DNA from: Malacoraja senta
Taxonomy: Eukaryota
Direction: 5' to 3'
Length of the DNA: 64,000 nt
Assembly (NCBI GenBank): GCA_038087875.1
Contig: CM075997.1
Span: 4,900,001-4,964,000 of the forward strand
Shown here: positions 1 through 12,400 of the stretch, in pieces
Layout of the letters: the number at the start of each line of letters is the position of its first letter
Position numbering within the stretch: the first letter of the stretch is position 1
Position numbers and translations under genes: made by a program
Notes under the pieces: model-generated
What the model was told of the DNA's origin: nothing
The model's database searches: none
Seen by the model: the letters and a program-made list of their open reading frames with translations, nothing else

Positions 1-216
1 CACCCCTGGTCATTCCTTCTTCTCCACCGCTCCTGTCCGGCAGAAGGTACAGAAGCTTGAATGCGAGCACCACCAGACTCAGGAACAGCTTCTTCCCCTC
101 TTGTTATCAGGCTTCTGAACGGTCCTTCCATAAGCTATGGTACTGTCCGATTCACCTCTACCCCATTGTGGACATTGTCCCTGGAACTGGCAGTCAGCAA
201 TGCACTTTGTATCATC

Positions 217-879
217 TTCTTCTTCTGTCGTGTGTCTTTTAGACCGGCAGCTCCGTTGAGGCGAGCCAGGCCAACGTGTCATCGTCCAGGTCAACCAGAC
301 CTCGTTCACCATTTGGTGGCCGGTGTTTGGGGCAACTGGTGACGATGTGTGGGCTCCACTGTCTGTGTTGGGTCCCCACACTCGCAGGAGGCACTCGCTG
401 TCCACGAGGCCCCACCTCTTCATCGCTACTCCATAGCGTCTGATGCCTGTCCTCAAGCGGTTGAGGGTTGTCCACTGCTTTCGGGGCAGGTCCTGGAGAG
501 GGACGTCCATGGGGTCATCGATGTAATGGTGTAGCCTAGATGGTTCCGCTGACTTCCACTGGTCTCTCCATCTCGTCTTGACCCAGGCGGCCTTGGAAGC
601 GTCAGCCGGTGTTGTGCAGAGCAGCTCTTGGGCTTGCGTGGCAAAGGGGCGCCGTGACTTGAGGCGCACTCGTCGTGGTGTCTCTGTGACGGTCTGATGG
701 AGGAGGTGGGATTCACTGGTCTGTGCCTTTCGAGAGAGGGCCAGCGTGGCTGCGTCTTGTCTGATGTTGGCTGGGGCGATGGCAGCGAGGACGGGCAGTT
801 GGATTACTGGGGTGGCTCGTAGGCATCCGGAGACAGTCCGCAGGGCGCTGTTGAGGGCAGCATCCAGCTTCTTGGCATG
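217..879 (-). mobile_element. RTE-X-like non-LTR retrotransposon, 5'-truncated, (AAG)n tail
   Basis: Minus translation KLDAALNSALRTVSGCLRATPVIQLPVLAAIAP...RLKSRRPF...WTTLNRLRTG; ends in GAAGAAGAAG; ATCATC at 211-216 and 880-885 is a candidate TSD. Confidence 0.75.
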
Positions 880-1036
880 ATCATCGAAGTATTGTACTTG
901 AGTTTGGGTTGATTGTATTTAGATTTTAGACTTTGGAGATACAGCCCTTCAGCCCACCGAGTCCATGCCGACCAGCAATCACCCCCTATACTAGCACCAT
1001 CCTACACACAAGGGACAACTTACAATTTTACCCTAA

Positions 1037-1317
1037 AGCCCCTGTCCCACCGTACGAGGTAATTCAAGAGTTCTCCCGAGTTTTCCCCTGATTCGAACTC
1101 GGAGAATGTCCATAGCGGATCCGTAGGATTTCGTGGATGTCTTGTAGCGGCTCGGAATGGTCAACTACGAGTAAAAAGTAACCATTTTTTTCATCAGGAG
1201 TATTTTTTTACTCCTGGACATTTTTTACAGGGATGAAAAAACGTCACGAGTTTACCGGATGTCCCGAGTACCTACCGTTAGCATTCCGAGCCGCTACGAG
1301 ACATCCACGAACTCCTA
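1037..1317. mobile_element. PIF/Harbinger-type MITE, left part only
   Basis: TAA|AGCCCCTGTCCCAC terminus; internal sequence related to the 12899 and 13957 copies. Confidence 0.7.
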
Positions 1318-1420
1318 CTTGTATGTATTTATAGTATTATTAGATCTGATTGGATAGCATGTAAAACAAAGCTTTTCACTGTACCTCGGTACACGTGACA
1401 ATAAAGAACCTAAAGCTACC

Positions 1421-1725
1421 GGGCGACACGGTGGCGCAGCGGTAGAGTTGCTGCCTCACAGCGCCAGAGACCCGGGTTCAATCCTGACTATGGGTGCCGT
1501 CTGTACGGAGTTTGTACGTTCTCCCCGTGACCTGCGTGAGATTTCCACAGGAGCTCCAGTTTCCTCCCACACTCCAAAGATGTACTGGTTTGTAGGTTAA
1601 TTGGCTAGGTAAAATTGTAAATTGTCCCTAGTGTGTGCAGGATAGTGTTAGTGTGCGGGGATCGCTGGTCGGCACGGACTCGGTGGGCCGAAGGGCCTGT
1701 TTCCATGCTGTATCTCTAAAAACTA
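1421..1725 (+). mobile_element. HE1/V-SINE-type tRNA-derived SINE, full length
   Basis: A box TGGCGCAGCGG, B box GGTTCAATCC, conserved core GGAGTTTGTACGTTCTCCCCGTG, CR1-like tail GGGCCGAAGGGCCTGTTTCC. Confidence 0.9.
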
Positions 1726-1726
1726 A

Positions 1727-1990
1727 GGTGACGATTTGGGTCGAGATCCTTCATCAGGCTGAGAATCAGGGGCGGGGGAGGGGGAAACTAGAGGTATGAG
1801 AAGGTACAGAACAAAGCAGAGCCTGCATCGATGACTCAGGAAAGGTGGAGCCCACAATGCTCCATTGTTGGCTGGGAATGAGATGATAACGAAGGGATAC
1901 AAATGGTGAAATTAGCAAGAGGACTTGGCTGGGGGAGAGGGACGGAGAGAGAGGAAATGCAGGGGTTACTTGGATTAAATTAGAGTTACA
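1727..1990 (-). mobile_element. Penelope-like element 3' region (degenerate)
   Basis: Similar to the 3' UTR of the GIY-YIG-bearing copies, including a degenerate hammerhead motif. Confidence 0.65.
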
Positions 1991-2004
1991 TTTCTTTAGT
2001 CATT

Positions 2005-2203
2005 TAGAGGTGAATCTGTGGAATTCATTGCCACAGAAGGCTGTGGAGGCCAAGTCAGTGGATATATTTAAGCATGAGATAGATAGATTCTCGATTAGTA
2101 CGGGTGTCAGGGGTTATGGGGAGAAGGCAGGAGAATGGGATTAGGAGGGAGAGATAGATCAGCCATGATTGAATGGCGGAGTAGACTTGATGGGCTGAAT
2201 GGG
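2005..2203 (+). mobile_element. CR1 LINE 3' end
   Basis: GTGAATCTGTGGAATTCATTGCCACAGAAGGCTGTGGAGGCC (VNLWNSLPQKAVEA) plus CR1 3' UTR. Confidence 0.8.
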
Positions 2204-2385
2204 TTAAACTGAACTATGCTAAAGCTAAGAGAATCTATTTACATCTGTTTCACTCTGTAAGATTGTGTTCTTGTACAGTAAGCTTTGACTGGATAGCACA
2301 GAAAACAAACTTCACTGTATCTCGGTATCCGTGGCAATAATAAACTAAATTTCTGTTTTAATTTCAATTTCCAGCACCCACAGTC

Positions 2386-2683
2386 TTAGTTTAGTTTAGT
2401 TTAGAGATACAGTGCAGAAACAGGCCCTTCGGCCCAGCGAGTCCGCACCGACCAGCGCTCCCCGCACATTAACCCTATCCTAGACACACCAGGGGACAAT
2501 TTATACCAAGATTTTAAACTTACAAACCTGTACGTCTTTGGAGTGTGGGAGGAGACCAAAAATCTTGGAGAAAACCCTCGAGAACGTACAAACTCCGTAC
2601 AGACAGCACCCGTAGTCGGGATCGAACCTGGGACTCTGGCGCTGTGAGGCAGCAACTCTACCGCTGCGCCACCGTGCCGCCCT
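2386..2683 (-). mobile_element. HE1-type SINE
   Basis: Reverse complement of the SINE consensus with (TAAAC)n tail. Confidence 0.9.
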
Positions 2684-2964
2684 AGTTTTTCCCAGCACCG
2701 ACAGATTGTTTAACATATTCTTTCTTCTTTGCAATGTGTAAAAAATTGCTGCCACATCTCGTGTATCATAACATCTGAGATGGTTTAAGATGTTATAGAA
2801 ATACAAATCCTGATTTCTCCCATATCGTTTAACAGCTTAGTACTGTTTGAAGATAAAATATTCTCTGAACATGTGACATTCAGATAGGTAGTTAAACAGA
2901 GACCATACTCAGATGTGAATAAAAAAAATCTGTCTGATCATTTGAAGTATTAAAAGGTGCATAT

Positions 2965-3352
2965 CAAATGATGAGAGGTAAAGGCAGGTAGATAGACCAT
3001 CTCCCACAGTTGAAATATCTGGCATAGCCTTTAAAGGAGATGTGTGGGGCAGTTTTATTTACACAGAGGGTGGTGGGTGCCTGGAACGCGCTGCCAGGGG
3101 TGGTGGTGGAGGCTGGTACGATAGTGGTGTTTAAGAGGCTTTTGGACAGGCACGTGGATATGCAGGGAATGGGAGTGGACACTGCCCGGTCCATCACGGG
3201 TACTGACCTCCCCACCATCGAAGGGATCTACAGGAGTCGCAGCCTCAATAAGGCAGCCAGCATCACCAGAGACCCACAGCACCCTGGCCATCTCACTCCT
3301 GCCATCGGGAAGAATGTACAGGAGCCTGAAAACTGTAACGTCCAGGTTCAGG
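2965..3352 (+). mobile_element. CR1 fragment fused to a Rex1 fragment
   Basis: ORF 3040-3381 reads FTQRVVGAWNALP (CR1) then ARSITGTDLPTIEGIYR...HPGH (Rex1). Confidence 0.7.
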
Positions 3353-3464
3353 AGCAGTGGATGTTTTTAAGGATATTGTAGTGTTTAATAGCCCACCAAA
3401 CTTCAAATAAGCTCTAAACTAAGACGAGGAACATTGGTTTTGTCTTTGCACAGTTATAGTTTCT

Positions 3465-3714
3465 TATATATACTGTATAAATACTGTATATAAAATTAAA
3501 TATTGTCTATATATATACTGTATATATAGTATATAAAATGATATACTGAATATATAAGTATATACTGTATATATACTGTAGATAAAATGATATACTGAAT
3601 ATATAAGTATATTCTGTATAAATACTATATTAAATTATATACTGTATATATAAGAAACTATAAGAAAGATAAGAATATAATATGCCATATATATATATAT
3701 ATGTATCATATATG
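3465..3714. repeat. AT-rich (TA)n low-complexity tract with an internal ~59-bp duplication
   Basis: TATATACTG-type units; ATAAAATGATATACTGAATATATAAGTATAT occurs twice. Confidence 0.85.
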
Positions 3715-4039
3715 TTTAGTTTAGTTTAGTTTAGAGATACAGCGCTGAAACAGGCCCTTCGGCCCACCGGGTCCGCGCCGACCAGCGATCCCCGCACATT
3801 AACACTATCCCACACACACTAGGGACAATTTTTACATTTACCAAGCCAATTAACCTACAAACCTGTACGTCTTTGGAGTGTGGGGGGAAACCGGAGATCT
3901 TGGAGAAAACCCACGCAGGTCACGGGGAGAACGTACAAACTCCGTACAGGCAGCACCCGTAGTCAGGATCGAACCTGGGTCTCTGGCGCTGCGTTCGCTG
4001 TAAGGCAGCAACTCTACCGCTGTGCCACCGTGACCGCCC
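3715..4039 (-). mobile_element. HE1-type SINE, full length (long-head variant)
   Basis: Complete reverse-complement SINE with about 9 extra nt between A and B boxes. Confidence 0.9.
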
Positions 4040-5184
4040 GATATATATATGTGTGTGTGCGTGCATGTGTGCGTTTGTGTTTATATACAGTATTATATAT
4101 ACACAGAGTATATATATATATACTTGCCACTTGCCTTGACACTTGCAGTAGATGAGATTAGTTTAACTTGGCACCATGTTTTGCATGGACATTGTGGGCC
4201 GAAGGGCCTGTCCTTGTACTGTACTGTGTTGTGGAGATACAACGAATCTGTGGAATTCTTTGCCACAGACAGCTGTGGAGCCCAAGTCAGTGGGTATTTT
4301 TAAGGCGGACATAAATAGATTCTTGATTATTGTATTGTATATTGTATTGTATATCTTTATTGTCCAGGTATCAGAGGTTATGGGGAGGAGGCAGGAGAAT
4401 GGGGTTGAGAGGGAAAGATAGATCAGCCATGAACGAATGGCAGAGTAGACTAGATGGGCCGAACAGCCTAATTCTGCACCTATCACTTCTGAACTTTTGA
4501 GGAGAAGGCTGGAGAATGGGGTTGAGAGGGAGAGATAGAACAGCCATGACCGAAAGGACGGAGTGCACCTGCTGGGCCGAATGGCCTCATTCTTCTCCGA
4601 GAGTTTATGAACCTATGGAAGTCTACAGTCTATATGAACAAACTCCCTGCGTTGTCAGCGAATGGACTTCAGAACGTTCAGGGAACGTGGAAGGGAAAGT
4701 AATAAATTCAAGAAGTCTGAAGAAGGGTCTCGACCCATTCCTTCCCTCCAGAGATGCTGCTTGTCCCGCTGAGTTGCTCCAGCATTCTGCGTCTATCTTC
4801 GGTTTAAACCAGCATCTGCAGTTCCTTCCTCGACAAGTAATAAATTCAAGTTCCCCAATGTAAACTATGAGCTGCGAACTTTACCCAGGTCAGGCCTGGC
4901 GGTGGATATTGTGTTTCATTGCTGTAATGAAGTTGCATGACACTCGAGAGCTCGGGACCGTCCAGCCCCCTTCATTGGCAGCGCTGCACCATTCCGCGCA
5001 TTGGTGGCTTCCGCCGGGAGCAATGGCTGCAATGCGCCGCTGTTACTCACACCCCTCGGCTGCACCGGCACCTCCTCCCGAATCCATCACCTCCAGCACC
5101 AACAAGGTCAAGCCATTCGATCGTGGACGATCTACCTCTCCCTCCCAACCCCATTGTCCACTGACACCTGTACTAGTCACTAAG

Positions 5185-5490
5185 GTCATAAGTGATAGGG
5201 ACAGAATTAGGCCATTCAGCCCATCAAGTCTACTCTGCCATTCAATCATCACTGATCTATCTCTCCCTCCTGACCCCATTCTCCTGCCTTCTCCCCATAA
5301 CCCCTGGACACCCGTACTAATCAATAATCTATCAATCTCTGCCTTAAAAATATCCGCTGACTTGGACTCCACAGCCTTCTGTGGCAAAGAATTCCACAGA
5401 TTCACCACCCTTTGAAGAAATTCCTCCTCATCTTCTTAAAGGGACGTCCTGCCTTCTCCCCATAACCCTTGACACCCGTTCTAATTAGGA
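5185..5490 (-). mobile_element. CR1 LINE 3' end
   Basis: ORF 5043-5408 VNLWNSLPQKAVESKSADIFKAEIDRLL. Confidence 0.8.
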
Positions 5491-5567
5491 ATTTGTCTAT
5501 TTGGCACCATTCGAGAGCAATGCGTGTGACGTGCACCCGTCAACACAATGCGCTGCAGTTTCTCGCC

Positions 5568-5897
5568 GCGGCACGGTGGCTCAGCGGTAGAGTTGCTGCC
5601 TTACAGCGGCAGAGACCCGGGTTCAATCCTGACGACAGGTGCTGTCTGTACGGAGTTTGCACGTTCTCCCCGTGACACGTTTGGGTTTTCTCCGAGATCT
5701 TCGGTTTCCTTCCACACTCCAAAGACGTGCAGCTTTGTAGGTTAATTGGCTTTGGTATAAAATGTAAAATTGTCCCTGGTGTGTGTAGGATAGTGTTAGT
5801 GTGCGGGGATCGCTGGTCAGCGTGCTCGGTGGGCCAAAGGGCCTGTTTCCGCGCTATATCTCTAAACAAAACTAAACTGAACTAAACTGAACTAAAC
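5568..5897 (+). mobile_element. HE1-type SINE, full length
   Basis: A/B boxes, core, CR1-like tail, (TAAAC/TGAAC)n. Confidence 0.9.
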
Positions 5898-6420
5898 TCC
5901 CCACAGCCCAGGCTGCCTTGGTAACCCCTCCCAAAGCCATCACCTCCACCGCCAGCAAGATCAAGTGCTGTAGGTGCAAGGAACGCCACCTCCTGCAGGT
6001 CCCCCTCCAATGCAGCGCAGAGGCGCAGCGGGTAGAACCGCTGCCTCACGGCTCCAGAGACCCAGGTTCAATCCTGACCTCAGGTGCTGTCCGAGTGGAG
6101 GTTGCACATTTAGTTTAAACTAGTTCAGAGATACAGCGTGGAAACAGGCCCTTCTGCCCTACTAGCGATCCCCGTACACAAGCACCATCCTACACACTTG
6201 GGACAATTTACGATTTTTACCAATGCCAATTAACCTACAAACCCACGTGTCTTTGGAGTGTGGGAGACTGCACCATGGTGCCGCCCAATGCTTTTTTCTG
6301 CCACTGCAGTTTCTTTCTGCAAATGGACTAACATTCTGCGACTGACATGCCAAAGAGCTGGAAGGGTGAGCCACTCATTTTAACTTCTAACCAGCACTCT
6401 CACCTATCTATATGCCAGAA

Positions 6421-6895
6421 TGTGTAGGTAGAAACTGCAGATGCTGGTTTAAAACCAAAGATAGACACAAAATGCTAGAGTTATTCAGCGGGACAGGCAG
6501 CATCTCTGGAGAGAAGGAATAGGTGACGTTTCGGATCGAGACCCTTCTCCAAACTTAGAGTCGGGGGAAAAGGAAACGAGAGATAAAGACGGTGATGGAG
6601 AGAGATGGAACAAATGAATGAAAGATATGCAAAAGAGTAACGATGATAAAGGAAACAGGCCATTGTTGCCTGTTTGCTGGGTGAGAACGAGAAGCTGGTG
6701 TGACTTGGGTGGGGGAGGGATGGAGAGAGAGGGAGTGCAGGGGTTACTTGAAGTTAGAGAAGTCAACACTCGTACCGCTGGGCTGTAAGCTGCCCAAGTG
6801 AAATATGAGGTGCCATTCCTCCAATTTGCGTTTAGCTTCACCCTGACAATGGGGGAGGACTGGGGCTGAAAGGTCAGAGTTCGAATGGGAGGGGG
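6421..6895 (-). mobile_element. Penelope-like element 3' part with GIY-YIG C-terminal remnant
   Basis: Minus strand encodes EAKRKLEEWHLIFHLGSLQPSG; followed by the shared 3' UTR and a degenerate hammerhead motif. Confidence 0.8.
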
Positions 6896-7711
6896 ATGTG
6901 CTATATGCCATGTCTAGTGATCACCTGGCTGATAATGTTAGGGAGATGGTGATGGTACTGCCATTGAATGTCAAGGGTAGCTGGTCAGATTCTCACTTCA
7001 TTATGGTTAGAGATACAGCATAGAAACAGGCCCTTCAGCCTGCGAGTCCATGCTGTCCATCAATCACTCATTCACATTAAATCTACGATTTCCTACTTTC
7101 CAATCCACTCCTTAGACATGTATTCTGGCCTGTTCTATCATGCTCTGGCCACATAATATTCCTGATCATTTAATACATTATATTTTAGTTTAGTTTCGAG
7201 ATACAGCATGGGAACAGGCCCTTCGGCCCAACAAGTTCACACCGACCATCGATCACCCGTTCCCACTTGTTCTATGTTACTCCACTATTACACACTCCCT
7301 AAACACTAGGGGGTAATTTACAGAGGGCCAATTAACCTGCAAACCTGCACGTCTTTGGGATGTGGGAGGAAACGGCAGCACCCGGATGGATGCTCCCTGG
7401 ATAAACCCTAATGGATAGGACAGGCTTGGTTGGATATGGGCCAAACACAGTCAGGTGAGACTAGAGTAGGTGGGACATGTTGGACGACATGGGCAAGTTG
7501 GGCCGAAGGGCCTGTTTCCCCCGCTGTATGTGGCACTATGACACTATGACACTATGGCATCCGGAGGAAACCCATGGAGTCAGAGGGAGAACGTGCAAAC
7601 TCCACACAGACAGCACCAGAGGTCAGGATCGAACCTCTGCCTACGGTGCTGTGAGGCAGTGGCTCTACTAGCTGTGCCACTTTGCCACTCTTGTACCATC
7701 ACTTGCCGCAT

Positions 7712-8180
7712 CAGTTCAGTTCAGTTTCAGTTTAGGTTATTGTCACGAGTACTGAGATACAATGGCAAGCTTTTGTTGCGTGCTAACCAGTCAGTGGAAA
7801 GACAATACATGATTACAATCGAGCCATTCACAGTGTACAGATACATGATAATGTTTAGTGCAAGGTAAAGCCAGTAAAGTCCGATCAAGGATAGTCCGAG
7901 GGTCACCAATGAGGTAGATAGTAGTTCAGGATCGCTCTCTGGTTGTGGTAGGATGATTCAGGTGCCTGATAACAGCTGGGAAGAAACTGTCCCTGAATCT
8001 GGAGGTGTGCGTTTTCACACTTCTGTACCTTTTGCCCGATGGGAGAGGGGAGAAGAGGGAGTGGCCGGGGTGCGACTGGTCCTTGATGATGCTGCTGGCC
8101 TTGAGGCAGCGTGAGGTGTAGATGGAGTCAATGGAAGGGAGGTTGGTTTGTGTGATGATCTGGGCTGCGTCCACAACTTG
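7712..8180 (-). mobile_element. Rex1/Babar LINE 3' end
   Basis: ORF 7926-8207 LPSIDSIYTSRCLKASSIIKDQSHPGHSLFSPLPSGKRYRSVKTHTSRFRDSFFPAVIR; 3' UTR ends GTGACAATAA plus (TAAAC/TGAAC)n. Confidence 0.85.
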
Positions 8181-8434
8181 GCGCAAATTTGATACATCAG
8201 CCCCCACTGATGCGGTCTGACTCTTGCTGTCTTTACTTTGCTTCCGTGGCTGTTAACTGCTGTGGGACATCCCTCAAGGGATGTATAAACAGCTTGGAAC
8301 TTGCAACTTATTTTTTATTGATAGTTTTCCAAGGTTTTAATGGAGTATCAGGCTCGTAAACTGTTGTGGCCATTTACATTTCATCTGCAAGAACTTCGGA
8401 TCCCAGTTGAGAAATTAGCATTGCTTCTTTCAAC

Positions 8435-8739
8435 GGGGCAGCATGGTGGCGCAGCGGTAGAGTTGCTGCCTCACAGCGCCAGAGACCCGGGTTCGATCCT
8501 GACTACGGGTGCTGTCTGAACGGAATTTGTACGTTCTCCCCGTGACCTGCGTGGGTTTTCTCCGAGATCCTCGGTTTCCTCACTCACTCCGAGGACGTGC
8601 AGGTTTGTAGGTTAATTGGATTGGTGTTATTGTAAATTGTCCCTAGTGTGTGTAGCAGAGTGTTAGTGTGCGGGGATCGCTGGTCGGCATGGACTCGGTG
8701 GGCTGAAGGGTCTGTTTCCACACTGTATCTCTAAACTAA
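8435..8739 (+). mobile_element. HE1-type SINE, full length
   Basis: A/B boxes, core, tail. Confidence 0.9.
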
Positions 8740-8740
8740 T

Positions 8741-9082
8741 AGAGTCATAGAGTGATACAGTATGGGAACAGGCCCTTCGGCCCAACTTGCCCACACTGGC
8801 CAACATGTCCTAGCTGCACTAGTCCCACCTGCCAGCGTTTGGTCCATATCCCTCCAAACCTGTCCTATCCATGTACGTGTCTAACTGTTTCTTAAATGTT
8901 GGGAAAGTCCCAGCCTCAACTACGTCCAATGGCAGCTCGTTCCATACACCCACCACCCTTTGTGTGAAAACGTTACCCCTCAGATTCCTATTAAATCTTT
9001 TCCCCTTCACCTTGAAGCTGTGTCCTCTGGTCCTCGATTCACCTACTCTGGGCAAGAGATTCTGTGCATCTACCCGATCTAT
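8741..9082 (-). mobile_element. CR1 LINE 3' end, HER1-like family sharing its tail with the SINE
   Basis: ORF ESRTRGHSFKVKGKRFNRNLRGNVFTQRVVGVWNELP; 3' end GGGCCGAAGGGCCTGTT..CTGTATCACTCTATGACTCT. Confidence 0.85.
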
Positions 9083-9144
9083 TGCTCTAATGCAAACTGT
9101 ATCTCAACTGATTCTCAGTGTTCATGCCATAACCTGCTAACTTA

Positions 9145-9330
9145 AGGGCCTGTCCCACTTGGGCGTCATTTGCACGTCACGCAGAGGTCGCGCGAAGATT
9201 TTGTACATCCCAAAATCCTGGGGCGCGTCACTGCCTACGTCACCACGCACCATGCTCGCGTAATGCGTCGTGACGCGTAAATAATGTCGCTTAAATTACG
9301 CGCAAATGACGCCCAAGTGGGACAGGCACT
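9145..9330. mobile_element. PIF/Harbinger-type MITE, complete
   Basis: About 30-bp terminal inverted repeats (TIRs) AGGGCCTGTCCCACTTGGGCGTCATTTGC; TTA TSD on both sides. Confidence 0.9.
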
Positions 9331-9658
9331 TTAGTTTCAATCAAATGACCAGCTTTCACTGTTATTTGCGCTATTTCCATGAGGTGTTCCTTCGTGGCAT
9401 TTGGTGAATACTGATTAATACGTTGCAAACATCAAACCTTTTTTTGGTTTGCTGAGGGGTTCTGTATTCATGAGCCAAAAAGTTACGGGTGTAAATTTTC
9501 CTTTAATTCCTTTCGAAGCAGAATAAAAGCAGTTTACTACTGATTATAAATCTTCGCTGCAGTCGAGAATGATCAGAATTGTTTCCGCAGATTCACAGGA
9601 TGTTCTCCTCAGTGGGAAATGGATCGCAGTTTTTACATTCTTAATTGACTACTCTCCC

Positions 9659-9699
9659 GTTGCCATGGAAACGCACGGGCCTAACTATTCAGGGTAAGT
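9659..9699 (+). promoter_or_regulatory. RFX X-box overlapping a Kozak ATG, followed by a consensus splice donor
   Basis: GTTGCCATGGAAAC at 9659-9672; AGG|GTAAGT with GT at 9694-9695; non-repetitive context. Confidence 0.4.
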
Positions 9700-10029
9700 A
9701 TCCAGACTTGTTTTCAAAACTTTTAAGAACTTTGATTTGTCAGTTCAAGTCATGGTGTGATTTTTTTTTTTAAATTCTTGCCTGGAATTTTGGATCACAA
9801 GGTATTGGTCCGCAGGCTCCGGAAGTCAAAGGGGGCGAGATCCGGGGAGAGAGAAAGAAAATCGCAAAGCTTCACGGCTGTGTTTCACTTCATCTGGACT
9901 CATTTGTTTCTTGGCCATTCAATGGTGGTTCGACTGACAAGCACCACTCAGTAATCTGCCATCCAGTTAACATGGGAAGACCAGAGTGCAGATTGTGCGT
10001 GGCCAATATCATTAGTCGGGCAGAAAAAC

Positions 10030-10405
10030 ACCCAGTTAGAGTTTATGTTCATATGTCCATAAGTGATGGGAGCAGAATTAGGCCGTTTGGCCCATCACGT
10101 CCTCTCTGCCATTCAATCATGGCTGATCTATCTCTCCCTCCTAACCCCGTTCTCCTGCCTTCTCCCCATATCCCCTGACACCCGCACTAATCAAGAATCT
10201 CTATCTCTGCCTTAAAAATATCCACTGACTTGGCCTCCACAGCCTTCTGTGGCAAAGAATCCCACAGATTCACCACCCCCTGACTAAAGAAATTGCTCCT
10301 CATCTCCTTCTTAAAGGAACATCCTTTAATTCTGAGGCTGTGACCTCTGGTCCTATATTCTCCTACTAGTGGAAACTTCCTCTCCACATCCACTCTATCA
10401 AGGCC
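10030..10405 (-). mobile_element. CR1 LINE 3' end
   Basis: ORF 10187-10393 RTRGHSLRIKG..FFSQGVVNLWDSLPQKAVEA. Confidence 0.85.
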
Positions 10406-10406
10406 T

Positions 10407-10733
10407 GTTTAGTTTAGTTTAGTTTAGTTTAGTCTAGTTTAGAGATACAGCGCGGAAACATGCCCCTCTGCCCGCTGAGTCCGCGCCAACCAGTGACCAC
10501 CCCATAAAGTAGTTCTATTCTACACACTGGGGACAATTTACAGAAGCCAGTTAACATACAAACCTGTGCGGCTTTGGAGTGTGGGAGGAAACCGGAGCAC
10601 CGGGAGAAAACGCAGGCGGCCACGGGGAGAACGTACAAACTACGTACAGACAGCACCCGTAGTCGGGATCGAACTCCCGACTCTGGCACTGAAAGCGCTG
10701 TACGGCACAACTCTACCGCTGCGTCACCGTGCC
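10407..10733 (-). mobile_element. HE1-type SINE
   Basis: Reverse-complement SINE with (TAAAC)n tail. Confidence 0.85.
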
Positions 10734-11627
10734 GGTATGGAGGGAAAAAACATCCGGTCGGAGTTTAGTTCAGTTTAGTTCCGAGACACAGCACGGAAAC
10801 AGGCCCTTCAGCCCACGGAGTCCGTGCCGACCAGCTAGTTCTATCCTACACAGTAGCGATAATTCACAGAAGCCAATCAACCTACAACCCTGCATCTATT
10901 TGGAGTGCGGCAGGACTGCGTGGGTTTTCTCCGGGTGCTCCGGTTTCCTCCCACATTCCAAAGACGTAGAGGTTTGTAGGTTAATTGGCTTGGGTAAAAT
11001 TGTAAATTGTCCCTGGTGTGTGTAGGTTAGTGCTAGTGTGCATGGATCGCTGGGTGGGTGCAGATTCAATGGGCCGAAGGGCCTGTTCCCACTATGTATC
11101 TCCATACTAAGTTATAGGGGATAAGAGATCAGAGTTACATGATGTAACAGGGATAAAGAGAGGCAGTAAGGTAAAGGGTTACCAAATTGAATTTACACAA
11201 AACCTCTCATACTCCTTTCAGACAATCCAAAGTACTTTACACCCAATAAAATACTTAAATGAAGTCTTCGATACAGGAAATACAGCAGTTAACTTTCATA
11301 GAGCAAATTCCCCCAGACAGTAATAGGAAAATCATAAATCAATATTATTTTCATAATTTTATTTTTCATAAATATTTCATACACTTCTTTCATAAATGTT
11401 GAGCATGGCCACGCTTTCATTTCATTCCTAACATTGGGAAGAAGGTATAGGAGTCTGAAATCGTGAAAACATTTGGCAGAAGGGTCTCGACCCGAAACGT
11501 CATCCATTCCTTCTCTCCAGAGATGCTGCCTGTTCCATTCAGTTACTTCAGCTTTTTGTGTCTATCTTCGATGAAAACTGTGACCACAGGTTCAAGAATA
11601 GCTTCTTCCCAGCATCTGTCAGAACGG

Positions 11628-12228
11628 TGCACAACGGTGGCGCAGTGGTAGAGTTGCTGCCTCACAGTGCCAGAGACCCGGGTTCAATCCCGACCTTGGG
11701 TGCTTGTCTGTACGGAGTTTGTACCTTCTCCCCATGACCTGCGTGGGTTTTCTTCAAGATCTTCGGTTTCCTCCCACACTACAAACTCGTTCAAGATTGT
11801 AGGTTATTTGGCTTGGTTATAAATGTAAAGAAATGTCTCTAGTGTGTGTAGGGTCGTGTTAATGTGCGGGGATCGCTGGTTAGTGCGGACTCAGTTGTCC
11901 AAAGGGCCTGTTTCCGCGCTGTATCTCTAAACTAAACAGTGAGAAAAAATTGTTTAGGGGCGGCACAGTGTTGCAGTGGGCAGAGCTGCTTCAGAGCGCC
12001 AGAGACCCAGGCTTCAATCCTGATCTCGGGTGCTGTCTGCATGGAGTTTGCACGTTCTCCCTGTGACAGCTCCGGTTTCCTCCCACACTCCAAAGATGGG
12101 TTTGTAATTTAATTGTCCTCTGTAACTTGGCACAAGTGTGCGGGGAGCGAATGTGAAAGTGGGATAAGTGATCGATGGACAGTGTAGATTCTGTAGGCCG
12201 AAAAGCCTGTTTCCTTGCTGTATCTTTC
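11628..12228 (+). mobile_element. Two tandem HE1-type SINEs (11628-11936, and diverged variant 11957-12228)
   Basis: Two A/B-box heads, each followed by core and CR1-like tail. Confidence 0.85.
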
Positions 12229-12400
12229 AATTCCAACAAACACTAACCTCAACTATGAACTTCTATGGACTGTGTTTGGTTCACTAAGGACTTGGGTTCC
12301 TTTGCACTGGTATTGTGGTTATTGATTCATTTAATTTGTGTTTATTATACATTTATCCATGCATATTGTGTTTACAGGTCTGCTGTGCTGCTACAAGTAA

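Larger units (their letters stand above)
1..1413 (+). mobile_element. Rex1/Babar-clade LINE 3' end (ORF tail plus 3' UTR), interrupted by RTE-X-like LINE, SINE and Harbinger fragments
   Basis: 1-120 encodes HPGHS-F-PL-SGRRYRSL-A-TTRLRNSFFP; 3' UTR resumes near 886 and 1320 and ends AAAGCTTTTCACTGTACCTCGGTACACGTGACAATAAA like other Rex1 copies here. Confidence 0.75.

Noticed and set aside
1421..1500. tRNA gene
   Set aside because: The A/B boxes belong to the SINE head; there is no complete cloverleaf and the SINE body follows in about 30 copies.
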